Source: Rhizaria sp. SCN 62-66
Lineage: Eukaryota
Length of the DNA: 64,000 nucleotides
Assembly (NCBI GenBank): GCA_001724265.1
Contig: MEDY01000208.1
Location: 1 to 64,000 of the forward strand
Reading direction: 5' to 3'
Positions within the stretch are counted from its first letter, which is position 1. The number at the start of each line of letters is the position of its first letter. Below, piece by piece: positions 45,410 to 55,967 of this stretch. The notes beneath the pieces were generated by a model. The model was given only the letters and a program-made list of their open reading frames with translations. It ran no database searches and had not been told where the DNA came from. The translations under genes and the position numbers were made by a program.

Positions 45410-46336
45410 TTACGCGGAAGCGGGCGTCTCGGCCGGGGGCGGGATGGCGGCCGGGGGCGCAGCAACCTCCGGCACAGCCTCTGCGACAGAGGAGGCAGCA
45501 GAGGGCGCAGAAGCCGCGGCAGAGGCAGAGGGCGCGGGAGCGGAGGCGGAAGCGTCGGCGGCAGCGTCAGCGTCGGCGGCAGGGGCGACGGTGGTGGTGG
45601 CCTTGGGAGTGGCGCTCTTGCGGGGAGACTGCTGCTTCTTGCCGTCAGCCTTGTCTTCAGCCTTATCCTCGGCCTTAGCGTCAGCCTTGGGAGCCTTGGC
45701 GGCAGCCTCGCCCTTGCCCTTGGGGGTCTTGGGGGCGGCGTCACCCTGAGCGTCGGCCTTAGGGGTGGCGGCGTCCTTGGGCTCAGCAGCAGCCTTCGGG
45801 GTCTTAGCCTCAGCAGCCTTAGGGGTCTTGGCATCGGCACCCTTGGCGGCGCCCTTGGCGGGAGTAGCAGTGGCAGCGGCCGCATCAGTAGCGGCGGCGG
45901 CGGCGGGCTTAGCGGCGGTATCCTTGGCCGGGGTGGCCTTGGCCGTGGCGGGGCGGCCCTTCTTCGCAGACTGGGGCTCCTTGTTCCCGTTGTTGTTGCC
46001 GTCGGCGGCAGCGCCGTCCTGCTGCTTCTTCTCAGAACCCTGATCAGACTTCTTAGCATCCTTAGCAGCGCCATCCTTCGAAGCAGCGGCAGTCTTGTCG
46101 TCCTTCTTGACATGCTCCTTCTTGGCAGCAGCGCCGTCCTTAGAGGTGGCAGTAGCATCCTTGGCAGCGTCATTCTGCTGGTTCTGGTTCTGGTTCTTCT
46201 TGTTGCCCTGCTTGTTACCGTCCTTCTTAGCATCACCGGCGGCGGGGGCAGCGGCAGCGTCCTTCTTGCCCTGCTGCTCCTGCTGCTGCATCTGCTGCTT
46301 CTGCTTGCCATCCTTGCCCTGAGCCTGGCCCTGAGC

Positions 46337-46368
<32 letters not shown>

Positions 46369-48434
46369 TGACATCGCTAGCCTTGTCGCCCGTCTTCTTG
46401 TTGCCGTCCTTCTTGTTGCCGCCCTTGCTGCTGTCGTTCGACATGTCCACAAAGGCCTGTGCGAGCGCAGAGGTCGAGGCGTTGCCCTTGCCCATAGTCT
46501 TGCCGACAGTGATGTTGATGTGCTCGTCCTGAGCAGCCTTCTTGTGGCCGCCCTGGTCCCTGCTTTGGCGACCCTTAGACTGCTCACCCTTACCCTGACC
46601 CTGCTCCTTGAAGTCCTTGGTGTTGCCACCCTTGTGGTCCTTCGCGGCCGCGGGGCCGGAGCCACTGGTGTTGCTGCCGCTGCCACTCTCGTTGCGACGC
46701 GCGTGCCCGCCGTCCGAGGTGTACGCCACGCGCGGGCCCTTGCCGCCGCCGACGTAACCGCTGTAATTGCCGTTGCCGTTGCCCGCAGCCGCGGCCGCGG
46801 CGTTATTGTTGGCGGCGGCGACGGCGGCCGCGGTCGTCGGCGCGCGGCCGCCCGCGCGGGACAGGGCCGCGCCGAGGTAGTTGTTGGCCGTGGGGCGGTA
46901 GGGCCGGCGCTCGCCGTCATTGTTGCTGCCGCGGTCGCTCGCGTAGGCGATGCCGGCGCTGGAGCGGAGCTCGCGGACCTTGTTCATGTTCTCGTGGGTC
47001 TCGGCGCGCATGTTCTGGAAGATCCGCGCAAAGCCCACAGTCTCATTGACGAGAGCGATGGCCAGCTCCACCGCGGCGACGCGGCCGACGAGGACAACGG
47101 AGACGAGGGCCTCGGGGTTGCGGGCCGCGCGCTGCTCGAGCGCGTGCTGCTGCTGCTGCTGCGCCTGGTGAACGCCACGATAGTTGTTGTTGTAGTTGTG
47201 GTGGGCGTCTGAGCCATCGTCGCGGAGGACGCGGATCTTGACGTTACCGGCCTTCTCCTCGATCGTCGCGATGTTCTGCTGGGTGAGCGCGGGCAGCGCG
47301 AGGGCGGGGATCTCGACGCGGCGGCGCACGATCTCGAGCATCTCAGCCGCGGCCTGCAGACCGGCCTCCGAGGTGCCGCGGATGGAAACGGCGCCGTCCT
47401 CGCCGACGTTGATCGTCGCCACGCCCTCATTGGCCTTGGCGAGCTTGATGTTGGCGCCCTGCTTGCCGATGACGAGGCCGATAAGCTCGGGCTCGACGTG
47501 GATGACGCGCTCGAGCATCGCGGCGTACGTCTGCTGGAAGTCCTGCAGGGAGTGCTGCGAACGTTGGTGCGCAGCCGTGTAGTGCTGCAGCTGCTGCATC
47601 ATGACGAGCGAGTACGACATGAGAGCGGCGAACTTCTGCAGAGCGGCGCGGTCGCCGAGGGCAAGCATGCCGGTCGACGTCTCGTTGAGCGCAACGGAGA
47701 GGACGGAAGACTCGTGCTGTGCGCGGGTGACGGCGGCGGCGTCCACGTCGGCGGGCTGCAAACCCTCGGGGAAGGGGACCTCGATGCGCTCGATCGCCGC
47801 CAGGGACAGCGCGGGGTTGGGGTTATACGGGCGGAGCAGGTCCTTCTCGTAGACCTCCTGGTAAGGGGTCTTGAGGTCGAGGAACTGGACGAGATAGAAC
47901 TCGCCCTTGACCGTCATGATCTGCACGCGCCACCACGACACGGGCTCGGCGCCACCCGCCGAGTCGGCGGCCTGGGCCTCGACGATCTCCCCAGCCTGGG
48001 GCACCCAGCCGTCGTAGGGGGCGGGCGGGAAGCGGACGAGGACGGGGTCCACGAAGTGGGACTCGCGCCAGTTGTCCGGGTACGACACCATCACCTGGCC
48101 GTGCTTCACGTCATGCAGCAGAGCCTGGTGAGGAACGGGGGGCGGGAGGTGGGCGGGGTTCAGAAGGAGCGCGAAGGAAGGAAGGAAGGAAGGGGGGGGA
48201 GGGGGGCGGGAGCGGGAGACGAGAGTACAGAGGAGGAATCAGGGTTAGCAGGTGTCCTGATAAAGTATAGGATGCTTGAGATCAATAGATGCGCGATGAA
48301 CTCATGGTTGGACCTGTAGTTGTTCGAGAGAGGCGCGATCTGTCGGTGCGAAAGGTGCGCAGATGGGTATTTAGACTTACCGAGTGGTAGGAACTGGTGT
48401 CCACGTTCTTGACCTCAACACGAGCAAGAGACAT
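45410..48434 (-). CDS. FMR1/FXR-like RNA-binding protein (tandem Agenet/Tudor, KH0, KH1, degenerate KH2, NES-like helix, long low-complexity tail), 922 aa; exons 48434-48381 and 48124-45410
   Basis: MSLARVEVKNVDTSSYHS|ALLHDVKHGQVMVSYPDNW...VRFPP...EIVEAQ...EPVSWWRVQIMTVKGEFYLVQF...YQEVYEKDLLRPYNPNP; KH1 LIGLVIGKQGANIKLAK. Intron TCG|GTAAGT...ACCAG, 256 nt, with a CTAAC branch-like site and a long pyrimidine tract. Confidence 0.85.
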
Positions 48435-48971
48435 GTCGAATGACCCTATAGACAAAGAAAGAAACGTCAAAAAAACGCAGATCTTGTGCTGGTTAGCGGG
48501 GTGCCTCGGTCATAGAGCGAGTGGCATCAATATCCAAAATAAAATGCCGCCACCACAAGATCGATGACAGGGAGATAAGGACGCGATATCGTCCCCAGGG
48601 GACTCGATACCCGGCCAGTAAAAATAGATTTCGACGAAAAAGTCAAAGTTCTACCACGGGAAACCGCTCGCAACACTATTTTCGGCAGTCCAGACCGTCT
48701 ACGGGACCTGATTTGCCGGGCTGGTCCTGCTCCCGCCCTGCTGCTGTTTCGACTATCGCTCGTCGATCAGTGACTGTGGGGCGGCTTGGATTTAAACACA
48801 CGCTCACCACAGTCGCATTGGCAGCCGAAAAAAGTCATGTCTAACTTTGTTTCTCGATGAAAGAAACGCATATCCGGTCGAATTTAGAATATCACGTGAA
48901 ATTCGTAGTTCTGTATTCAATAAACAATATATAGGTGTGTAATCATGTAGTATTCCAGGATTATACCGGAT

Positions 48972-51900
48972 TTACTCAGCGGCGGGCGCAGCGGAGGCAC
49001 TGGTCGACGCACTACTACTGCTGCTAGACGCGGCCGCTGGCGCCGTGTGCACGAACACGCGGAGTTCCTTGCAGAGCCCGGGGATCTTGGTGACGTAGAG
49101 CAGTCGGTCGAGCAAGTACGCGACGTTGGCGTGTGTACGCTCTTGCACCACCGGGTGGCCCATATCAAGCCGCGTGAGGTACTTAAAGCAAATCCCGGTG
49201 AAGAGCGATGCAATCTCGCGGAAAATTGCGTCGCGGTGACTCGGGTTCAGCAGCTCACTCAGCGCCTTGTGTAACGCCGCGGTCTGACGCAATAGCATGC
49301 GGATGCACTGGTCCGGCTTACCCGCCTCGTTCTGGTCCTTATCTTTGCTCTCGGTGTTGTTGTCCGCCGCAGCCGCGGCCGACACGGCGGCCTCAGCGGT
49401 CACGGCGGCGGCAAGTGACGGCGCCGCCGCAGCCGCACGCGCCCAGTCCGTCACGAGCAGCTTCTGGCACGCGGCTTCGCAGATCGATCCAACCATGTTC
49501 GCGAGCTTCGAAAACACCTCCGCGCGGTGGTAGTCTAGATCGCGGCCCAGCGCATCAAGAGCCTGGAGCAATACGGCCTGTTTGCCGGAGAGCCGGCGGG
49601 CAAGCGCGCGGCGCAGCACGGGCAGCTGCGACAGTGCAAAGCCCACGGCCTGCGCCGCGAGCGCGAGATGCGTTGCCGTGACGGCCTTGACACCGACCGT
49701 CTGCATGCACTGCGCGCCGAGCACGAGCTGGCAGGACCGCGTGTTGAACAGCTTGATGAGCTCGGCGGCCTTTTGCACCGCGGCGGCGGCCACGGCGGGG
49801 ACCTCAGTGGCGCATTCGACGTGTTCCCGCAGAGCGTCGACGAGCACGAACACGGCCTTAACCGCGGGGAAACCACCGCGCACGAGCTCGTTGCCGCTAG
49901 CGCTGCCGATGCTGCCGCCGACGCCGCTGACGCCACTGAACGCGTTGCTGAAGCTACGATTAGATGACGAAGGCAGAGGTGAGGTCGAGGTCGGACCGAA
50001 GCCGGCGACGGCGGACGCAGGCATGACCACATACAACATCGGTGTAGCGGTCGTAGCGGTCGCCGCCGTCGCGGGAGCAGTCGCGTTTTCACCACCACCA
50101 TCAGCAGCGGCAGCGGCAGCAGTGCTGGCAGCAGCGGCGGCGGCAGCGGAAGCGGCGGCGTTGGCCTCGGCGGTGGCTGCTAACGCCGCCGTGACGGCCT
50201 CGTCGACTTCCTCCTCCGGCCCCGGCGCCAGATTAGGCGTATACGCGCAGTCTAGCGCGCGTTGCACGCTCTCGGGCGCGGGGACGGGCGCCCAGAGTTC
50301 AGCGTCGAGCGCGGCCGAAAGCTCAGACATCGCGCGGGCACTGGCGGCGGCCAAGAACGCCTTAGCTTGATCTAAGAGAGTCGCGCGGAGACCGTAAAAG
50401 GCGCGCCCGCAGAGCTGTTCGGCGTCGGCGACAAGGTCCAGTGCTTTGTCGACAACTTGGCGCAGCTCCTCCAGAGTCAGCGAGGCGTGGGCGGCGGCGC
50501 GCGCGGACAGCATGCGGCCGACACGGGCCTGTGAGGCGAAAAGCAAGATTTAACACAAGTAGATATAGAGCGGTTTAGATGTGAGTATTGGGAATTTGTA
50601 GTTTGAAATACGACTAAAATAAATCGTTTCGCAAAACTTGATATTCATTTCAATAATTAGATCTTTTGATCGAGAGAAATGTTGTAATCGTACCTGGAGG
50701 AACTCTGCGAGCTGGTAGAGTGAGCCCGTCAGCTCGGCGGACAGAGCCGCTGAAGACGCCGCGGCCGCCGTACAGCAGCGGTCGGCGGGCGGGCCCCAGC
50801 GCACGGGCTGCAGCCGCGGGGGCGCCAGGACCGCGTTCGCCGCCGCCGTCGCGGCAGCGGCCGCGGCGTTGGTGGGGCTTGGCTCAGGAGACTTCTGCTG
50901 CTGTTGCTGCTGTTGCAGCTGTTTGCTGTTGGTGTGATTATTCACAGCGTGAGCGTTGTTGGCGCTGCTCATCACGGGGTAGGGCTCCGCGGGGACGGGA
51001 TCCATCGCCCGCGCCACGGCAGCCAAGTGCACCACGACAGTCACGCCTTCCTCGGCCTCGACTGCACCCGCACTCTCACACGCGTCCAGACCGTGACCGT
51101 GAGCGTCGTCAGCCGTCGTTGCGGCGGGTGTCGCGTGGGTCACGGCGGGGTACCAGGGCCGCAGCCGACCGCGCGCGACGTCAACCACCGTCACCCCAGT
51201 GCCAGTGGGCCCAGTCAGCGCCGCGTCAAACGCCGCACGGAGGGCCGTGGGCGCGGCGGCCTCTGCGGCGACGCCTGCGACGAGTAACGCAAGGGCATGG
51301 GTACGGGTAAGGAGCGCCGTGAGCGTGCCGCACAGAGGCACAAAGAAGAGCATGAAGCGCGCGTGGCTCAGCGCGGCCAACCTGGCCGCCAGCGGCCGCG
51401 GGCCGCCGTCATTTGCAGCTGGATTCGCGACGGATGCACTCGCAGTGTCTGCGTTGGTGTCGGTGGCGGACTGGACAGGTGTGCCGACGGCAGTACTTGT
51501 GGTACTCATGGTACTCGTGGGGCCCGGAGAGCCAGCGGTGGCGTTGTTGTGCGGCGTCGGCGGCGCAGACTGGGTCAGAGGCGTCGTCCCCGCCTCCGTA
51601 GTATGGACCAGGAGCGCCGAGTTGTTGCTCGCATCTGCTGCGGCGGTGTCGGCGGGCTCGACCACCGCAAGCAGCTCCGACACGGCGCGCGCCAGAGTGA
51701 GCTTCACCGCGTCACCGAGCGCGTCCTTGAGCGGGCTCGCCAGCGCGGTGAGGCCGCCAAGTGAGAGGAGGATGCGGAGGTGGGCGCGCGCGGTGCGGGC
51801 CTCGGCGCGGGTCAAACCGCCCGCGGCCGCCACCGGGTCCTCGTCCTCCTCTTGATCCTCGCGATCGGCATCATTAACCTCAGTCTTGGACTTTGCGGTG

Positions 51901-52266
51901 CCATTTGCAGAAGAGGACTCGCTGTCGTCTTGCTTTTGCTCACCGTGACGGGTGCTGTCACTCGTGATGTTGCTGTTATTGTTGTTTTTGTTGTTATTGT
52001 TGTTGTTTGCATTGTTAGAGGGCAAGAACGCGGACAGTGGGTCAGCGCCCGTCGCGACCGCAACAACCGCGGCGACCGACAGCGCGACGAGCGAGTCGAC
52101 CACAGGCCCTAGCACGCGCGCGCGCACCGGCGCCAGCGCGGCGAGCCCCCACAGCGGGCCGTCAGACAGCTGCAGAAACGCGTGCAGAAGACTAACGCGT
52201 GTCGCGGCAGGCAAAAGCTCAGTCTTGGCGAGGGCGTCGGCCGACGGGCGCGGAAGAGGGGCCGTC

Positions 52267-52300
<34 letters not shown>

Positions 52301-53864
52301 GCGTGCCGGGGGCCGCCCTCGCCACGGCGTCCCCGGCAGCGGCAACAACCTGCGTCTCGAGTACAGAGGCAAGAGCAAGCGCGCGCCTGAGCACGAGCGC
52401 AGCGGTTTCGGCGCGCGCGGCGTTGTCCCCAGCGCGGGCGGCCGCGAGAGTGGCCAGAGGGGGCCCGACGGCGCCGCCGCCGACCTGCGCGACGGCGCCG
52501 CGAATCAGCGAGATTTCGGCCAAACACGCGGACACGTCGTCGTGGAGCGCCTCAAGCGTGTGCAGCGACTGGAAGAAGAACGGCGCCTTGGCCGCGACCT
52601 GCGTCTGCAGCGCGGCTTCGACCTTGTCGGCGTAGGTAGTGAGCTCTTCCTGGAGCGCGGCGACGGCGGCGGCGCCCGCGGCGTCTGGGGACGTGGACCC
52701 GCCGACCGCGGAGCGGGCGCGAATGAGCTCGGCGCTCGTGGCGGCAGTCGCGCCCGCGCCGGTGCCGCCGCCGCCGTCGTCATCGTTGTTGCTGCCCCCG
52801 TAGCCGCTGGGGCTGTGGCCGTGGTCGAGAGCGCCGCGTTGAGATGATAGCGCGGACGGGGCCGGGCGCGGGGCGGTCGACGACGATGACCTGTTGTTGA
52901 GGCCGCCGTATGTCACGGAGGACTGCGGGTCAACGGCGGTGCCGGCGAGAATGCTCTCCGTGGTCGGGATCCCGATCGAGTGCAGAACTTCGGTCGGCAG
53001 AAGCGCGGGCGCACGGGGCGCGGCGTCCAGATCCGCCAGAAAGGGCTGCTGTGAAAGCGCGTAGGAGCTGAAGAAGAACGGCCGCGGGACGGTGCGCAGA
53101 CAGTCGTCGAGCTGCGCGTCGACGGCAACGCGCGACACCGCTGGCGACACGGACGACGGCGACGACGAGGACGAGGACGATGAAGATGCAGCAGCAGTGG
53201 CGCGCGCCACCGCAGCGTTGGCGTTGCTGTTGGCAAGCGCGGGACCGTGGTACAGCGCGGGTGCCGCTAACCCTGCGGCAGCGATCGCCTCCGCAGTGGC
53301 GGCCGCGATTGACGCTGCGGCGGCGGCGCGCGCGCGGCGTTGAGTGCGCGCGCGTTGCTGCTCGAGCTGGGCGCGGCGGAACGAGCCCGCAAGCGAGCCC
53401 AGATTGCGGAGGTACGCCTTGAACACGGGCAGCGCGGCGGCGGCGTCGTAGACTTCGGGCCTGTGCTCGATCGCCTCATCCGCCGGCGCAGTGTCGTCGT
53501 CGTCGTCGGGGTCGTTGAGCACCGAGGACAGCGACTGCAGCGCGTGGGAGCGGGGGATGCGGGGCGGGCGGGACGCGTCGGCGCTGTGCGGCAGCTGCGG
53601 GAACCGCGTCGCCGGCGCGAGGTCGGCCGCGAAGGGCGAGGGCGCCATGGTCGAGAGGAAGGTGCTGGTGCGGCTGTGGCTCGATGGCGAGCCAGAGCCG
53701 GCCGAGGTGATCGTACTGGCGGAGCGCGGGCGCGCGCGCGCGGCGGACGGGTGGTGCGGCGCGACGTCGAGCTGACCGAAGGTCGGGCCGCGCGCGTCGG
53801 CTGGCGACGGCTGCGGGGAGGCGTCCGTGGCGCTCTCGGCCCAGGGGCCCCAGATCAGGTCCAT
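48972..53864 (-). CDS. VPS54: GARP complex subunit VPS54, ~1575 aa; exons 53864-50694 and 50528-48972
   Basis: LSSVLNDP; LRTVPRPFF; LQEELTTYADKVEAALQTQVAAKAPFFFQSL; FNTRSCQLVLGAQCMQTVGVKAVTATHLALAAQAV; DLDYHRAEVFSKL. Intron CAG|GTACGA...CACAG, 165 nt. Confidence 0.9.
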
Positions 53865-54552
53865 TGCGGCTGTGCCAGGACGCGGGGCGCGGGCAGGGGC
53901 GGGAAGGGCAAAGGGGGCGCGCACCCAGAGCGCTGCAAATGGACGGTGGCGGCAAAGAGCAGCTGAGGACGCAAGGGATGGAACGCAGGAAGGGCAGCCG
54001 GTCTGCCTGAGGTCCAGTTTAGGAGCGAGAGTCGGAAGAGCTATGGATGAAGGACGCGATATAAGAGGGGAGGATTCCCGTGAGCAGCATATCATTTAAA
54101 TAGGGCATATAATCAGCACGATTCAACATCAAAAAGCTTCTCATGTTCGTATTGTCGACGGACATGTAGCGTGGCAGCTCGCTGATTTAAACCTGCTGAC
54201 AGATCCAAGATGAACGAGCGACGACGAGGAGGCGGCCTGGTTCGCAAAAATGTTGGGTAAAGCGACAACAGGGAGTCATTTTCGTTCGACTCACTTTTTG
54301 AAGGCATCTACAACCCGTCTCTGCAGGCTAGTGAAATTGGGGTTATCATATGTTATAGTGCTGACCGGGGTCTATTTATAAACAATATTCACATCCACTG
54401 TTGACACGACCTTCTCCTTCCATACTCTCACAATGAACGCCCTTCGACCCTTTCTTTGTGTCTCCTTCCATCCTCTCTTTGCCGCTTCTTTCCATCTCTC
54501 TTCAACCTCCATGAATCTTTTCACTGACGCGTATGCTGCACCTTACAGTGAA

Positions 54553-55272
54553 ATGCGTGTGCAGTTCGTTATTGCGGCTGTCGCGCTGCTGCTCGGGCTC
54601 GTCGCGGCTGTTGAGCAGGACAAGTGGGCGGGCGTGAGCGTCGCTTCCGGTCCCAAGAACGACATTGCGCGTACGATCATGCAGCCCGGCCGCCCGATCG
54701 TCGTGCACCCGTTCGTGGAGCCCGTGGAGAAGGTTTATAACAAGACCAAGACCACCCCCGGCGTCCTCTGCGAGACGAGCTCCGACTGCGAGGCCTGCAT
54801 CGGCAAGCACTACTGCCTCTGGACCGAGGACAGCAAGTGCGTTAACTCTGCCAAGTCGTCGTCCCGCGCGCTCGTCTTCCAGGGCAAGGCGTCCAACGTC
54901 TGCGTCTCCAAGGACGCCATCCTTAAGCGCACCATTGTGAAGCAGCAGCTGCACCGTCTGTCGCGCGCCACCGAGGTCCAGCCCCTGCCCCCGCTGATCA
55001 AGGCCCTCCGCAACCCTGAGGCCGTGCCCCCTCTTAACTACGGCGGCGTGCCCCTGTACGTCAACAAGGCAATCAAGCTCGACATCCCCGTTGCCGCCAA
55101 GCCCGTCTTCCCCCCCGGGTTCGCTGCCGAGCACCTCCTGGCGAAGGACGCCAAGACGTTCTCGTCCAACACCACTGCGCAGGTCAAGATCGCCGCGCCC
55201 CAGGGCTCCAAGAACGTCCAGTTCGTCGAGTCCGCGGCCGAGGTCGAGCAGGCCGCCGAACACATCCTCTAA
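54553..55272 (+). CDS. Secreted protein with PSI-like Cys motif, 239 aa
   Basis: Signal MRVQFVIAAVALLLGLVAA; PGVLCETSSDCEACIGKHYCLWTEDSKC...VC; very strong codon bias; TAA stop. Confidence 0.75.
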   Translation: MRVQFVIAAVALLLGLVAAVEQDKWAGVSVASGPKNDIARTIMQPGRPIVVHPFVEPVEKVYNKTKTTPGVLCETSSDCEACIGKHYCLWTEDSKCVNSAKSSSRALVFQGKASNVCVSKDAILKRTIVKQQLHRLSRATEVQPLPPLIKALRNPEAVPPLNYGGVPLYVNKAIKLDIPVAAKPVFPPGFAAEHLLAKDAKTFSSNTTAQVKIAAPQGSKNVQFVESAAEVEQAAEHIL

Positions 55273-55967
55273 ACACACCGCTGGGTAACGCTTAACTGAC
55301 GCAGTGCGCTTGATGGATCGATGGTGGACGACATGAGTGATTGGTAGAGTTTGTCGTCTTAAGTTGTTGTTGATGAGCAGAGACATTCAGGCTTTATTTT
55401 GAAAAGAGTCGTTGTGTTCTGTTCTGTTTTGTACAATAGATGTTGTTACAATGTAAATTATTACATGTATAATACAACACCATTTCAATTCAAGTGTAAT
55501 GAATGCCCAAACAAACTAGTTTGATCATGTACTGTGTGCGGTGACAAATGGAATCACGCGAGAATATGAAATGTATTCTTTTTTAACAATGTCAATACAG
55601 ACGATTGTTCTCTCTCTTCGCGAGGTTACAATGCGCAGTATTACGCTCTCGACGTCTCTCGCTGTCGTTGATGTGCACGCCCTCTCACGCCACAGCGCAG
55701 CTCTTCAGTGCAAAGGCCAAGGGCGTCCACGGCGGCGGCGGCGGTGTGTTGCGTCAGAAGAGACTGGGGAAAGCGGAACACGCGCGCGATTGGTGATGGA
55801 TGGGTTTACAGACAGGCGGAGAGAGAGGGGAAACATCGTGGACAGACATGGGGAGAGATATTGCGCAGACACGCGCACACGCACACTCACTTTACACGCA
55901 CTCAAACAGCATCAGCAGGGGGGTTGGTTAAACAAACAACTCAAACGGGGGCTGGTTGCCGGTGCAT

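Noticed and set aside
45290-47212. 640-aa plus-strand ORF and many similar long overlapping ORFs (e.g. 8535-9725, 18362-19741, 24728-25948, 30747-31844, 58892-60046)
   Set aside because: These are antisense or off-frame shadows of GC-rich, codon-biased real genes. They have no independent motifs, and their composition mirrors the opposite strand.
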